Below are positions 22,756 to 36,400 of a DNA stretch of 63,542 nt, one piece after another. Source of the DNA: Hyphochytrium catenoides (taxonomy: Eukaryota; Protista; Hyphochytriomycota); assembly GCA_900088475.1 (NCBI GenBank), contig FLMG01003040.1, positions 1-63,542 of the forward strand, given 5' to 3'. The number at the start of each line of letters is the position of its first letter. Position 1 is the stretch's first letter. A program made the translations under genes and the position numbers. The notes beneath the pieces were generated by a model. It was not told the origin of the DNA and did not search any database. It saw only the letters and a program-made list of their open reading frames with translations.

Positions 22756-25050
22756 AAACGATATATCTAGCTTTACCCGCTGAACTGCTTGTTATTGCGC
22801 CGGGGGTTAGCACCGGAGACTCGCCACAAAGTCATGTCTCGTGTTGCTTACATCACCGGTTTTTTGACTCTGGGACTCTTGCACTTACTGTTGTCCTCTT
22901 GGTCTTTCTGTTTTGGTGGTGTTGGGGAGAGGGTAAAGAAGCAAGGGAGAGGTCGGGAAGATATAATTGAAGTTGCCACCTGCGACAAGCTTCTAGTGCG
23001 AAAGATAGATGCAGGACTGGAGAGGAGGATATTTGACAGTAATTAGGCGTGCTAAGGATCCTGCTATGTAATCGCTTATTCCTGTCCTAGCTACCCTTGT
23101 CTGTGAAAAGCTCAGTGGCTAGTCATTGAGGTCAGCCTGATGTACTGTCAGTTCCTGTGGAGGCGCCGATCTAAGGAGTCTGACTAGACTCTACTTCTTG
23201 CTGGACTTGTACACCTCAAGAAAGACACTGGAAGGGGCGGGTATGGATGACTTATGGAACTTGAGGCAGGAAAGCACCATTCTTAGGGGCCTCTTAGCAG
23301 TAGTCCTAGCCATTGCTCTGTTTGGTTCTATCAAGGCCCTCACTGTTTTCCTTACACTCCTGTTGACGAAAGCAGCTCTTGTGTGACAAGGCAAAAGTGG
23401 AGTTTAGCACTTCCGGTCACGTATAACTAATTCATACGGAAAATGGTCAAGATTTTCTTATTAGGATCAGGCTGAAAGTGGAAAGAGCAGGTTCGAGCTG
23501 CACGCATAGGGATAAATTAGCCATATGATAAGACTGATACAAGGATAACGGCTGCCACAGGATAGCTTGAAGACCTATCTACCCAGCATAAACTGGACTG
23601 GCGATGGAAGCTGACACAGGATGAGTTCACCGGGGCCAAGAACATTTCTTTCAAAACAATGGTGCCGGATAATTGCTTATGGTACCAACGCATACTGGCA
23701 AAACAATTGTCATCAAGAGTTGGTCCGCGCCCCACCCCTAGAGAGCGGAGAAAACGAGTGACTCTAGCAGAAGCAAGAGATTCAGCCGGTGCTATGAACG
23801 AGACCTGCCTGTTTCTTCCTCCTTTGCACCCACCGATGACTACGATGGCGCTCGCTGTCTCTGTCATCTCGCCTTCTGTCACTCCCAATTCTTGTGCTAT
23901 GTAGTGAGGGAACTGTTGTGTCATCTCCTCTTATTGGAGAATGCTGAGAGGGCAGGTGATGCATCACCCGCTACTAGCAAAGGGCCCTGAGTGGCGTCTT
24001 ATCTTCGTCTACTTCTCTTCAAGTTCCAATACTAGAAAGGACGGACAGTAGTAGGAAAGAGAAACAGAGTGTTGTGTCCAGAAAGCCCGACAGCTGCATC
24101 ATAACCAAGCATACTTCTCCTACCTTCCTTTCCACATGTGCCTCTCGCCATCTCCGTTAGCTCTCGCTCGGTCCTTCTCCTCCGGCTTATCATAAACCCA
24201 GTAGCTCATACCACACACACACAGTCCCTCTCTCTTCCCTCTTCTCACGAAGAAGTGCGACTAAACCTGGCCCCAGAGAGAAGCGAGACAAGAGGGAAGA
24301 TGGAAGCAAGGGACGACAGCAAGAGGTCTGACTCCGAGTAGGAGGACAGAGAAGGCAAATGCTGGCCCGAAGGGCAAAGACGAAAGGTTCAGCAGAAACA
24401 AGTCTCAGATGTGAGGTGAGGAGGAAAACCAAGTACGGAGTAACGGCCATCATCACACAAAGTGAATCCTAACCTTATATTGTCGTACTAGTAACACTCA
24501 CTACTTGCTTAGCTAAACAATGCAGTAAAGTCGGCATTATGGGAAGATTGGGTAAAGCAAGGCTTCTGACGGATAGCAGGGCCTGAGATTGTCGCTTGTG
24601 AAGATGCGAATGCTTTCTGGGATTATCAGAATCACTCTGATCCAACAAGACGACTAAGACCTAGTATTCCTGATATCAGCGTTCAGGCACAAAATCGGAG
24701 CTAAGCTTTATCACCCCAGGAAGAAGACTGGCTTCACGCCCTAGTATAACAGGCAAACTGTACTCTGAGATGCATCACTAGCAGCCATCATGAGGCTATT
24801 TAGAATATCAGCCATAATAGAGTAAGAATGTTGCCTTTCTACATACCATTGCTTTGAAGTAACATTTACAATAATACGCCTGTCTGAGTGGTGGTGGGCT
24901 GGAGGTAGGTCATCAGGACCCTCAGAGAAGGCTCATCTTAGGGTCTCGAAGGGTTATGAGAGGGTAGAGGGGCCGATTGAGAGAAAGACAGAGTGCCAGT
25001 TAGTACTGTAACACAGGAGGAAAGAGTTATTGAGATAGAGTGCTTAGGGT

Positions 25051-25112
25051 GAAGAGAGAGAAAGAGAGAGAAAGGAACATGAGAGGATGTTGGATGCTGG
25101 ATTAGGGAAGAG

Positions 25113-25145
<33 letters not shown>

Positions 25146-25192
25146 CGAGAAAGAGAGAGAGAGAGANNNNNNNNNNNNNNNNNNNNNNNNNN

Positions 25193-25224
<32 letters not shown>

Positions 25225-25225
25225 A
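25051..25225. repeat. (GA)n microsatellite with gap
   Basis: Visible GA run and N gap. Confidence 0.9.
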
Positions 25226-25788
25226 GGAGGGAATGCGAAAGTAACAACTAAATTAGGGAGGAAAGCGAGTGGGGTGAACGGGACGGGTTGGGGCAGGTAG
25301 GATGGACAGCGAAAGAGATAGCAAGCGGGGCCATGAACAGGAGAGAGCGCAAGAAGCTGAGTGACTTCAATCTCCCTCCCATCTAACTTGAAGGGACAGA
25401 GAGGGTGAAGACTGATCGAAAGTGAGAAAGAGACGTACCTTCAATGACAAGACGGAAGACTGTGGCGCTCGGTTCAACAACCAGTTGCGCCGACAGCGAG
25501 TGGCATCGTAGAGAGTAACCGTGAAAAGCTCTTCTAAGAGCAGGAAGTTCCCCCACAACGAAAATTCTCTCATCTATCACTACTTTCGCCATTATATTCT
25601 GAGGCCGCTGCTTGTTGCACTAACCGAGCTCGGAAGCCTATTGACTCTATGAGAGCTTACTAAACGATGGGCTGTAAGGTACTTGTTTACTATTTTGCTT
25701 GTCCAGCAGCTCTCTGCACCCGCTATACAACGTGAAGCACGGACACGGTGACCTTCAAGGCAAGGTCCACCGTTTCCACGACGACAAG

Positions 25789-26628
25789 ATGAGTTGCAGA
25801 GGACTATCGAGATTTCCAATCCTTCTCTTTGTTCTACTATGTAAAGGGTTGGTCATTGGTACGATCGGAGCTGAGATGGCAAGCATCTCATATGATCAAG
25901 ATAAAGTGGTCCTGCTTCCTTCTCGAATGGTAAGCGACAGTGTCAAACAGGGGTCGGCCCCTGAAGGCTTACCAGTAAGCTTTGAGGCAAGCTCAACCGC
26001 TTCCCAGAAGGGGCTGATTCTGGGAATGTCAACCACGAGCTTCACGTTGATGATCTCTGGAATTCTGATTGGCATGGGAATCGTCGCAGTTGGAGCTGCA
26101 ATGTACTTTCGTAACCGGGGCCAGGAACACTATAGCGGTCGTCCGGAGACTCCAGCCGACAGAAACTTCCGTCAGAGCTTGGCCACTGATAGATTCACGA
26201 AGAAAGGGAATTTGGATGATATTTTTACACGGAACAGTGGGATTGAACTCCAGCGGAACACTTTGGAGCCGTACAATCCGAGGCGAAGCAGCATAACCGC
26301 GCCCTTTAACTTCAGGGCTTCTATGGCAAGGCAATCAATACCAGCAGGGGCTGCTGTGCAAAATCTAACTCCTTCTAACCGAGCATCACAAGCGGCAATA
26401 GATGCTATTAGGGCATCCTCTGTAACTGGACAACTCTATGACGTGCACTTAAAGGATGTGGACATGGACGTCCGAGTGACTGCTAGACAGCTGGAGCAGC
26501 TAAAGAGACTGCATAAGAATGATGTCGTCGTCAGCGATGACAGCACAGCATCTCCAGATTATCGAATCTCACAGTTCTACACTCGTCGTGAGAGTGTAAA
26601 AGCTGCTACGTACAACCTGCCTGCATGA
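25789..26628 (+). CDS. Intronless single-pass membrane protein of unknown function
   Basis: 279-aa ATG-started ORF; hydrophobic N-terminal signal (FPILLFVLLCKGLVIG), one TM helix (FTLMISGILIGMGIVAVGAAMYF) followed by RNR and a Ser/Arg-rich tail. Confidence 0.7.
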   Translation: MSCRGLSRFPILLFVLLCKGLVIGTIGAEMASISYDQDKVVLLPSRMVSDSVKQGSAPEGLPVSFEASSTASQKGLILGMSTTSFTLMISGILIGMGIVAVGAAMYFRNRGQEHYSGRPETPADRNFRQSLATDRFTKKGNLDDIFTRNSGIELQRNTLEPYNPRRSSITAPFNFRASMARQSIPAGAAVQNLTPSNRASQAAIDAIRASSVTGQLYDVHLKDVDMDVRVTARQLEQLKRLHKNDVVVSDDSTASPDYRISQFYTRRESVKAATYNLPA

Positions 26629-28067
26629 CTGGCACAGACGTGATTTACTCTTCCTTCACACGCAGGGGCAAACCTTTCGGCAACTATTATAGAGAAAAGC
26701 CGGTCCCATCAGCCCCTATTTCTATAAATGTCTTTATAACTATTTATTTTACCCATACAAGTTGGCCGCAATGATGACTATTGCTTTCCTGAAAGTCAAA
26801 GAGAAGAGCTGAAGCCCAAAGCCTTAGTAAGAATTCGCAAGTCGAGTTCAATAACTGTTGACCATCGTTGTTGGCCTTCCTGCATTGGCCAGTATGTTGG
26901 CCATGTCGGAGGCGTAAGCTTTGGAAAAACTTTCGTCCACTACAGGTAGGCGTGAGGGTGCCTGCCGAGCGCAACCTCACAAGCTTCAAGAGGTCTAATC
27001 ATTCTCGCTTTATGTTAACAATATGCTGCCTCCGCTGCAAAACTTGGGCATGAGTTTGGGGCCTCTGCGCTAATGCGGTCGTCAAGAAGCGGAAATCTCC
27101 TATCTACCCGATACGATGATGCGAAGTGAAGGCCAACACCAGTGGCATCGTCCTCCTGGGATAAACCAGAACATGTAGATCCTAAGAATGTCAGGGACTT
27201 TCCCTGGGCCACTTCCAAGGAGGTTGTGCAGTAGAGTTTGCTGTGAGAGGACTCTTGCCAGCACCACTTCCGACTGCTTCTGCTCTCCTTTTTCCCTCAA
27301 GGCAGCAGCTTTTACCGACAGACTCTGATGGAAAAGATGACTTCATTATACCATGAAAACTGTGTTTTTAGGATGCTGCCCCGCCTCTTTGAAAAAGATT
27401 GAATTTTTGCGGACCTGAGCGAAGACCTTGTAAAGAGACAGTCTTTACAACATAATTAATAACGGAAAGCTTTGTGAAGGACTAGCGACTCAGATGTCTT
27501 GCTGCCAAGGAAAGCGTTGCCTACTATCAAAAGAGTGTCAAAGAAGAGCGCCATGGACGAAAGAAGAGAGCAATTCATCATCCCAGCAAGCGACAGAGTG
27601 AGGACCACGGAAGTGCTAATCCATCATCCCTTTGCTCAACCTGCCTCGAGGATATTCCTTCTCCCTGCATGCAGGAGGCATCAATGAGAAGGATTGGGAC
27701 TATATTCAAGTCCTGCCGGGCGAGCAAGCCACTTAGACAAGGATGCCCCTACATAGTTCTTGGTTGGCGTGGTATGCTCGAAATATCAAATGGGAGAACA
27801 GTTCTTCTTCCTTCTGTTGAGGGCTGCTCGTGGATAACGAAAATGATAGCAACAAAAGGAGTATCTGGACACGAGGGAGGCTACAATAACTACTACCAGC
27901 GAGCGGGAAGTGGCACTGCTGCTGTTATTATCCTTGTGAAGACTCGCTCGAGCGCGACTTCGTCCTGCCAGAGGGGGCAAATAGACTGGCCACGATCATC
28001 TTATTCATAAAGAGGTGCAAGCAGGCAGGCGAAGTGGGAAGGGAAGGTCGGAGGCGGTTCATTTATT

Positions 28068-28166
28068 TGCTGCTGCTGCTGTTATTGTTGCTGCTACTGC
28101 TGTTGTTGCTGCTGCTGTTGCTACTGCTGTTGTTGCTACTGCTGTTGCTGCTGCTGCTGTTGTTGC

Positions 28167-28198
<32 letters not shown>

Positions 28199-28211
28199 CT
28201 GCTGTTGCTGC

Positions 28212-28278
<67 letters not shown>

Positions 28279-28341
28279 CTGCTGCTGCTGTTGCTGCTGC
28301 TGCTGTTGCTGCTGCTGGTGCTGCTGCTGCTGCTGTTGCTG
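28068..28341. repeat. Imperfect (CTG/TTG/CTA)n trinucleotide repeat
   Basis: About 270 bp of tgc/tgt/tac triplets, producing homopolymeric ORFs in several frames. Confidence 0.92.
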
Positions 28342-28888
28342 CGACTGTTTATTATTCCTAGACAAGTACCTTTATCTTGTGCTGGGTACTTTTATTTAGT
28401 TACGAGTACTAGTTGGAGAAACTAATGTGCTGGGTACTTTGTTTGGCTACAATACTTCCGATAGGAATCCCATGGTTCTAGCTGGGTCTTGGGTCTTGGG
28501 TTAACTCTAATGCTGTACTTGTACAAGTACCTGCTGCTTCCCAGCTCTGCAAGATCAGTACTTACTTACTTATGTCGAGCTACAAATCTTCGAAATGAGA
28601 GAGGATGGTCTTCATCAGAACTTCGTCAGGAGAGCATCATCCTCTATGGCAGGATCTCTATCCACGGGCGAGAAGAGTCGTGGGCTCTGCCAAAGCCTCG
28701 CGCGATGGCTTTGTGAGGTGGAGGGTATCTGCATTATAAGGTGATGATGGAGAGTCCTTGATTACGTTGACCTAGGGAATGAACATTTCTACGCCGGAAG
28801 GTCAGGAGTGAACTGAAGCTTTCGCCATACGACAAGTACGACCCTTGATAATTGCTTGAGTGAGGCCTGGTAAGCGGCATAAGCCAAC

Positions 28889-31670
28889 ATGGACCATGAG
28901 GACGATACAGAGATCTCGCTAGCAGAATGGGAAGCTCTCATGGATAAGGAGAGTGAACTCTTCAAGGGTTACAAGTTCTACATTCCACTATTTCCCGGTC
29001 GTCTGGTCCTTATGGAATGCATCAGAGTAAGTTGGCTCTGACACACCCTCTATTCCTCTTTGTCTGCCAGCTACTTACGCACTCAGTGATCTCTATCTGA
29101 GTTGCGTTCTAAGGGCTTCAGAAGTCTCACATATCTTTTTTCCGGAACCAGTCCAATGGTGGTCAAGTCCTTCCCAAGAAGGATGAGAGGGTGGACTTCG
29201 AGGTCGTCCTTCATGGTGCGCGCGTACTAGGATACCGTACGGTCTGTGTTCATTTCATCCAGAAGTCGATAGAGGCGCAGGCACTACTATCTCCAGACGA
29301 CTATAGGCCACAAACCTGCGGGTCACAGTCCGCAACTACCAAGAAGGCGCGGAAGAAATTCTCACTGGACGACCAGGCAGCTATGCTTCGCTATGTGATG
29401 GTGAGTAGAGCCACACTGCTTATCGAGGGGTAAGGGAGAGAGCAAGCAGCACAATAGGCTCCAATTTGCACGGACCCGAGGGAAGCTGGGCAGGCGCCCT
29501 CACACCACCAGCGGGAAGCAGCGTTAGAGACTTCTTACTATCTCACCCTATGGTATTCTCTGTACCTGCTTAGGCTCATGCCAAGGACAAGAAGAATGCT
29601 GACTTCTGGAAGCACGCCGCGGATGCGAAAGTTAGTGCCGATTATGGGGCCCATTTGCATACTTGCTTGCAGCCCTGTCGTCTGTTTTCTCCGCATCAAT
29701 AACCCGTCATGGACCGCTAGCTGGGCCTCATAACATGTCTCTTCATTATCCCCTTTTTATCTATTATCTCTCCTTCGTCTCCTTATCGATCTCTTTGCTT
29801 TCCCTTTCTTAGTCGATTGGTTACCTTGTCTGCAGCAACTGGTCTCCTCCTTTAACTTTATCTGTTTCACTAATGGTATCCTTTCGCCTTGCTTCGGCCT
29901 CCTCCCAGATCACTGAGCATTCCTATCAGAGCATGATGACGCACTATAATCGCATTCTGTCTGTTCTAACGCCCAAACAGAAGGCCTACATCCTTGAGGT
30001 CGGTTGAACAGCTTTCTTAAAACTGCTTATGAAGATCAGCTGCCCACTGCAAGTTCCCTCTTATCTTTCAACGATGTCCTCTTTCTGTTTATGCCAATAA
30101 GTTCTCACACTTTTCTTTAAATATCTTTGTCGGTCGGCATACTACCTTTCCTTTGGGTCCATGCACCTCAGAAAGCTGATAAGCTCAAGGCTGAGAAGAA
30201 TAATGACCCTTCCGACGACGGAGAGAGGACCGAAGAAGAAGTCTACAAACCCGACGACGAAGAACCAAGAATCAACGATAAGTCGAAATCAACGACTCAT
30301 GCTGGTCGTCCCTCCAAAAAGCAGGATGCCGTGACTCAAGACACCGAAAGGGAGGACAAAACCTCGATCAAGACAGAAGCGCGACAAGAGAGCTACCTCA
30401 AAGCAAAAGTGGAACGGAACAACGGAGACGAACCTACTAACGACAAGGAGGGCGAAGAGCAGTTGGCGGAGGGCGGCGGTACTGTCAAAGAAGAAAGCAA
30501 AGTCCCCAGCAAAGAGAGCCAAGATATACCGATTAAAAAGGAAGACGAGGAAGAGACGGACAGAAAGGATGACCAGGATACATTTTACAGTCTGGATAGC
30601 GAGGCTACGGATATAGAGAAGGAGCCAGAGACTCCTACGCGCTCTGGGCAACCAAGGAAGCCGCGAAAGGCCACTCCTCGACGAGCTGCTCAAGACTTTC
30701 AGCGGGAGACTCTCCTGGGGTCAATGCACTCTGTGGATAAACATAAGGACGATGCTGAGGAGTACAAGGAAGGCGGTGATGGTAAAAATGGAGGAGAAGG
30801 GCACAAGCATGTAAACAACCGGAGCGATATGCAAGAGAGAGACGAGAGAGTGATGGAACAGAGTCCGAGGACGCATAAGAAGAAAGAAAAGCGAGACAAG
30901 GGCGAAGAAGGTTGGGAAAGCGATGATACGGTGACTACTGCTGAAGAGCCTTCAGGGGCAAGAGCAGTAGAGGATCAAGCAAACGGAGAACAGCGGAAAC
31001 CAGATCAGAACAGAGAGGAACCTGACGATACAGAGCCGAGCAAGAGTCTTCAAAAACGAAGGATAAAAATCGTTGTGGACGACGATGAAACACCGATCAA
31101 GCAGAAGAAAGCAAAATCAGACCTAAGTGAGGAGGACGGAGTTTGGGACGACAATGGTTATTTATCACCTTCCAACCGAGATGACGACGCTGACAACGAC
31201 AATGACAGAGCAAGTGGGAACAACGGAAAGCAATCGAATGGCTTAGCCACACCTGGCCTAAAGAGAAGTCGACCAGATGAAAGAACAGCTAAGGTGGAAC
31301 CCGACGAAATCGACCTGTCGCAACTTGTTCACCGAATACAACGGCTTACTGGACATTCTCGGGAGAGTGTGCTGGCTTGTCTCTACGTCTGTTCAGGCAA
31401 TATCAGGGCTACGGTTACAGCGCTAACTGGTGCATATGAAGGTAAGCCACTAATGACGTACTGATCCGGTCTATGCCTTGATAGTTGGTCATCCTCTTCT
31501 TGACTGCTCATCTTTTCCCTTTATTTCTCTTTATAGACCACACATTTGCTGTCTGGACACCTTCCGAAGACAAGCAATTATTGTCTTCCAAACTGTCTTG
31601 GAAAGGTGGAAGTAGCTTGCGATTCAAACAAGAGTGCGAAGCGAGAAGACAATTCTTCATTAGCTTGTAG
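28889..31670 (+). CDS. RAP1: Rap1/TERF2IP-like telomere protein (BRCT - Myb - acidic linker - RCT), ~6 exons
   Basis: BRCT-like LFKGYKFYIP...CIR|SNGGQV...HFIQKSIEAQALLSPDDY; Myb-like RKKFSLDDQAAMLRYV...FWK...TEHSYQSMMTHY; C-terminal VLACLYVCSGNIRAT...VWTPSEDKQLL...CEARRQFF. Confidence 0.78.
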
Positions 31671-31699
31671 TAGTGGGCACAAGCGAGTCGAACACCAGC

Positions 31700-32329
31700 G
31701 TAGTGTGAGCAAGTAGCCCACAAGGCGAAGACCATCGTACGGCAATCGACTGCTCGTGCGGGATCGTTCTAGCTTATCTACATCCTCCTGCTCTTTGGAC
31801 GGAGAACTGGTCCCAAAGCAGTTTTTGCCCTCGGACTCCGTCGGTAGTTTGCTGCTGCTCATATTCTTGACCAGCACTGAAACCATAACAACAGTCAAGC
31901 CCATGGGTCCACACTACCTCCATCTGACATGGATCTTCCTAGGTATTTATATGAATGCTGGTTGTCTGTTTTAACCTGCCACCGACCAGCTAATACATAA
32001 GAAGCCTATGAAGGCTGACCGACACGGCGCCTGATAGTTGCTCATCAAAATGATTCACGGAACGCCATTGGCTTTGTACTCATTCTCCGGACTTGACGAA
32101 TGTCGTCGAATGAGGTTATGCCATTAATCCTTCTGGCCTGTAGTGATAGACCGTGATGCCGACTGTCGAGAGCAGGATCGCCACCCTCAGACTGCTTGAA
32201 CAAAGTTTCTGTTGTGCGCTGACGCTGTGAGTGTGGTGTTGAGGATGGCCGAAGGAAGCGAGCCAGAGCGACATAGTTAGGTGAGTGGCGTTGGCATATC
32301 CATGCCGAAGAAGGGAGCCTAGAAAGCAT
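31700..32329 (-). pseudogene. Possible gene or pseudogene fragment with mitochondrial-type presequence
   Basis: ATG 32329 MLSRLPSSAWICQRH...ARFLR is Arg/Ser-rich with few acidic residues. Continuation by splicing is uncertain and no family was recognised. Confidence 0.2.
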
Positions 32330-33429
32330 GCCCGCCTACCGGAGTGGGGAAACAGCGTATTCTACTCTCGGGTTATGCTAGTCCTTCATAGTATTCCGGC
32401 ACTGATTGTTGGTACAGTAGGCCTGTGTCTGACTGCAGCTAAATGAGCTGACTACGCGGACCACGCTTGTCTTGACCCATAGGGCAATCATTCGGCATTC
32501 CGGCTTTCTAGATTGTGGACTAGGAAGAGCCTACTCTAGGAAGTAAGCGTTAGCTCACTTCTTTTTTAAGGGAAAAATAAACGTTTCAATGGGTCATCAT
32601 GGGAGCCAGGTGTGGGTTGGATCCGTGAGGGAGGAGGGGCGAAGCGAAATCTCTGAATTAGGAGCTTCTCCCTTTATTAGCACCTCAACAACTGACTCCC
32701 AGGAAATCAGGTTGACAGATTTCCTACTGGTTTGATTAGTGCTTGTTTAAAGGCAATAGAGGCAGCCATAGGCTCATTGCAGCCCACGATCCCGTCTCAG
32801 TTAGTATGGCAAGTAGTACAAGGCTGGTCTGGATGTGGCCGCCCGAAAAGGACGTGAACCATCTCAACTTTCACACTGAAAAGGAGAATAGTTGACAACG
32901 CCACAAGTCGGATTTGTGCGCCCTTGCCTGATGTGAACAGGTGTGATTAGATGATGCTACTGTGGACTTCTTTACGATGTTCCCATAGAACTAGCTGGCT
33001 GGGATTGGTGTTGGGAAGGAACATTGATTAGGTGTTAAAGCGCGGACCCAAGGCAGCGCCCCATGTTTGAATAGTACGGCAGTAGTCTCACTCTTTTCCT
33101 TTTGCGTCCACTATGAGTTGATGAGGCTGACAATCGTGGCTGGCTAGTACTGTGATTGAGATGCCGCTTTTAGCGACAGGTGCTGCCAGAGCTACGAAGC
33201 CGACTGCTTTGTTAAGAGATGATAATTAGAGAGCCGCTAGAAGATATTGACTCGAAGTTGGTCAATCTTATGAGTCCGAGCTCTCACTCTTCACATGCCT
33301 TACTACCTAGTGCTGGTGAGTCTGATTCATGACAGAGGAGAATATATATCTGGTCGTCTAAAATCTGTGTGGTTGAGAAGCTTGAGCCGTTCATTATTAC
33401 TCCTCCCATACGACTGCTGCTGCACAGGA

Positions 33430-36400
33430 GACGAGCGGCTCTTCTCCTCTCCGGATAAACGGCTCAATCATCCCAACCACACAGATATTAAACGACTCGC
33501 CCTGCAGGCTTCCGGTATGGCCCTTGATAGAGCTTCTCAGCACCTTTCTTTGTGAGACCTGCATTCTTGCGAAGCTAACTCGTAAGCCTTACCAGTGCTC
33601 AGCCCCGTAAGACAACAAGACTGCTTGATCTTCTGCACGCCGACGTTGGCATTGTCAATACTCGTAGCTACCAAGGCTATGTACATTTTCTGTTCGTCGG
33701 GGATGATCACTCTCGAAGGTGCTTTGTTCAATTTCTTCGGAGCAAAGGAGAAGCAGAAGCTAAGTTGGAGGAGCTCATTCTGTTCATGGAAGAACCAGAA
33801 CGGTGAGCGGGTGAAGAAGATACGCTCCGATCGCAGGGGAGAGTTCGTTAGCAGTGCCGCTCGCTCGCGGAGTGTGCTCAAGCCGGGGGATACTGCACTC
33901 TCCTACACCTGCTTATTCATCCTCTAGCAAAGGATGCTGTGAACGCTGGATGAGGACTGTCATGTAGGCGACGAGTTGCCTTCTAATTGCTACTGACCTG
34001 CCTCATTGTTTTTTAGCAGATGCATTGGCCTCCGCAGTTCACGTCATCAATCGCTGTCCTACTGCCTCACTCGATGGCTCTACCACCTACGAAAAAGTGG
34101 TGTAATAAGCCGCCTGATCTTGGTCACCTACGCGCCTCCTTTCGTTCACTTGCGTATGCCTTGCAGCCATCAACGATGCTGCGAAAGCTTGATGCGCGGA
34201 GCTCTCGGTATAGAGTTGTAGGGTATGACTCTGGCACCCATGGCTATCGACTGTATGATCCTGTGACCAAGAGAATCTCTGTGCAACATCATGATTATGT
34301 CTCTTTGTTTCCCATCATAGGGAGCGAATAAGCAACTGCCGCTGAAGTAGGGCAAGTAGGTGGTGAAAAGAGTGCGGCGAGACAAGCAGAACAAAGAAGT
34401 GCACCTTCGGTTGACGCAGCAAGTCCAGAAGAGCCCACCAGTGACTTTCTTCTGGAGCCGGAGGCGAGAGCAGCGTTGCTGATGAAGCCCATCCGGCAGC
34501 TTCTTTTCCCTCCTCTCCGACCACAATCACTTCTCCACTCATTCCTATCCCTATCACCCGTGGTTGGTCGTGGTCGACTGCGCAGGAAGACTCTCTCTCT
34601 TTTCCAATAGGCCAGGCTAATCTTCTGCATGTCTCTGAACCCAAGATAGTCCGCGAGGCACTCTCCGGACCTCATGCCACAGAATGGCTAGCCGCCATTA
34701 CCTCAGAGCTTACATCAACAATGCAGTTCAATGAGGTTTACGATCTAGTGCCTCCACCCCCAGGCGCTCATATCATCGGCTCTCAATGGGTCTTTAGGGT
34801 CAGGTTGCATAGCGATGGCTGCGTGGACAAATACAAGGCTCGTCTGCTCGCTCTTGGCAATCAACAAAAGCAAGGTATGACTTTAGCGAGATCTTTGCTC
34901 CAGTAGTGATAGGGCATGACACTGTGCGCTGCCTTCTCTCGCTCGCCGCCACGCTGGATCTAGAAGTGCACCACGCGATAATAAGACCTCCTTCCTGGAT
35001 GGAAACTTAGACGAGCAGGGTGTACATGCGGCAACACCCCGGTTTTGCAGCTCCTGGACAAGAAGATCACGTCTGGAGGCTGATGAAGAAGTCGATATAT
35101 GGTCTCCGCCAGAGCCCCAAGATGTGGAAGAATGACACGCTGCACCATTATTCTGATTGAGTAAGGGTCCCAGCGCAGCGTCTGTGACTTTGGAATGTAC
35201 GTCAAGCGGCACTACTCTTCAATGACCTGATGACCTTGAGACCGTCGGCGTCTTCGTTGATGACATGCTCCTCTTTGCTCCCAACACCGAGCAGATTGTA
35301 GGTCTCAAGACTATGCTGTCTGCTTGTTTCTCCATCGCCGATCTAGGGGAGATAAGAGTACTACTTGGGCATCCAAGTAAAGCGGGATAGAGCTGTAGGA
35401 AGATATACCTTCGACAGTCGAAGTATATCACCGAGAGCTTGGAGCGCTTCAACCTACTTGATTCCTACCCAAACCCTGTCCCAGCGGTGCTAAGACGTAC
35501 TTGCCCAAAGCTTCTACCATTCCTCTTTCGGATGATGAAGCTGACCGGTTCGCTCGCACCCCTTATCGCCAAGCAGTGGAGTCTTTGTTTTATGTCATGG
35601 TGTGCACGCGGCCTGATATCGCTTATTGCATTGTTGCAAGCTGTGAGCCAACATGTAATTGCCTTCCGCCACGTCCGCTGGGCGGCTGTCCAAACGTATC
35701 TTCACCTACCTCACGGCCACCCAAGATTACTCCTTGTCTCTAGGAAAAGATGCTCCTGTTGTTCAACTCTCGGTACTGGCTGATGCTGATTGGGCTAGTG
35801 ACCCAGCTGACTGCAAGTCTATTACAGGTTATCTATTATTGAGCCTCAACGGCGGTGCTTTTGCGTGGAAGTCAACAAGAAACAATCTCTCCGAGCGTCG
35901 TCAACGACGGAAGGGGAGTGCGTTTCTCGTTGGTCCGCAAGCCAGGTCGCAGAGCACTTCAGCGTGTTCCTGAGCGAGCTTGGCTTCTCCAACCAGCTGC
36001 CCATTCACATTAGCCAGGATAACAAGAGCGCGATTGTTCTCTGCTCCTCTCACGACCAAAGTCAAATACCTTAGAGTGTCCTGCAAGAGAAGATAGCCCA
36101 TGATGGGAGAATTAAGCTGGTCTACACTCCCTCTGCAGCTATGGTAGCCGATGGCCTCACCAAGCCTTTACCCGCTCCTCTCTTTCGGATACTGCGTCCT
36201 CACCTTGGAGTCCTCCCTCCTAGTATCAGTACTCTTGCCACTACCCACCCAGCTTTGTCTGCCGACACGGAGAGGAGAAACGTGAGTGAGACCGACAAAT
36301 TGGTGAGTTATTCGACCGTCACCACTGATGGTCCAGAGAAGCTAGGCATGACGGGAAGTGTTGAGTGCTACAATGCTCGTTGTCAGTGGTACATTCTCTA

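Noticed and set aside
27400-28010. Possible Tc1-like transposase remnant (IDWP)
   Set aside because: A single short word; no SPDLNPIE or DDE context.
28015-28425. Poly-Ala/Val, poly-Leu/Cys and poly-Gln/Ser/Asn ORFs
   Set aside because: Artefacts of the trinucleotide repeat, with no flanking coding context.
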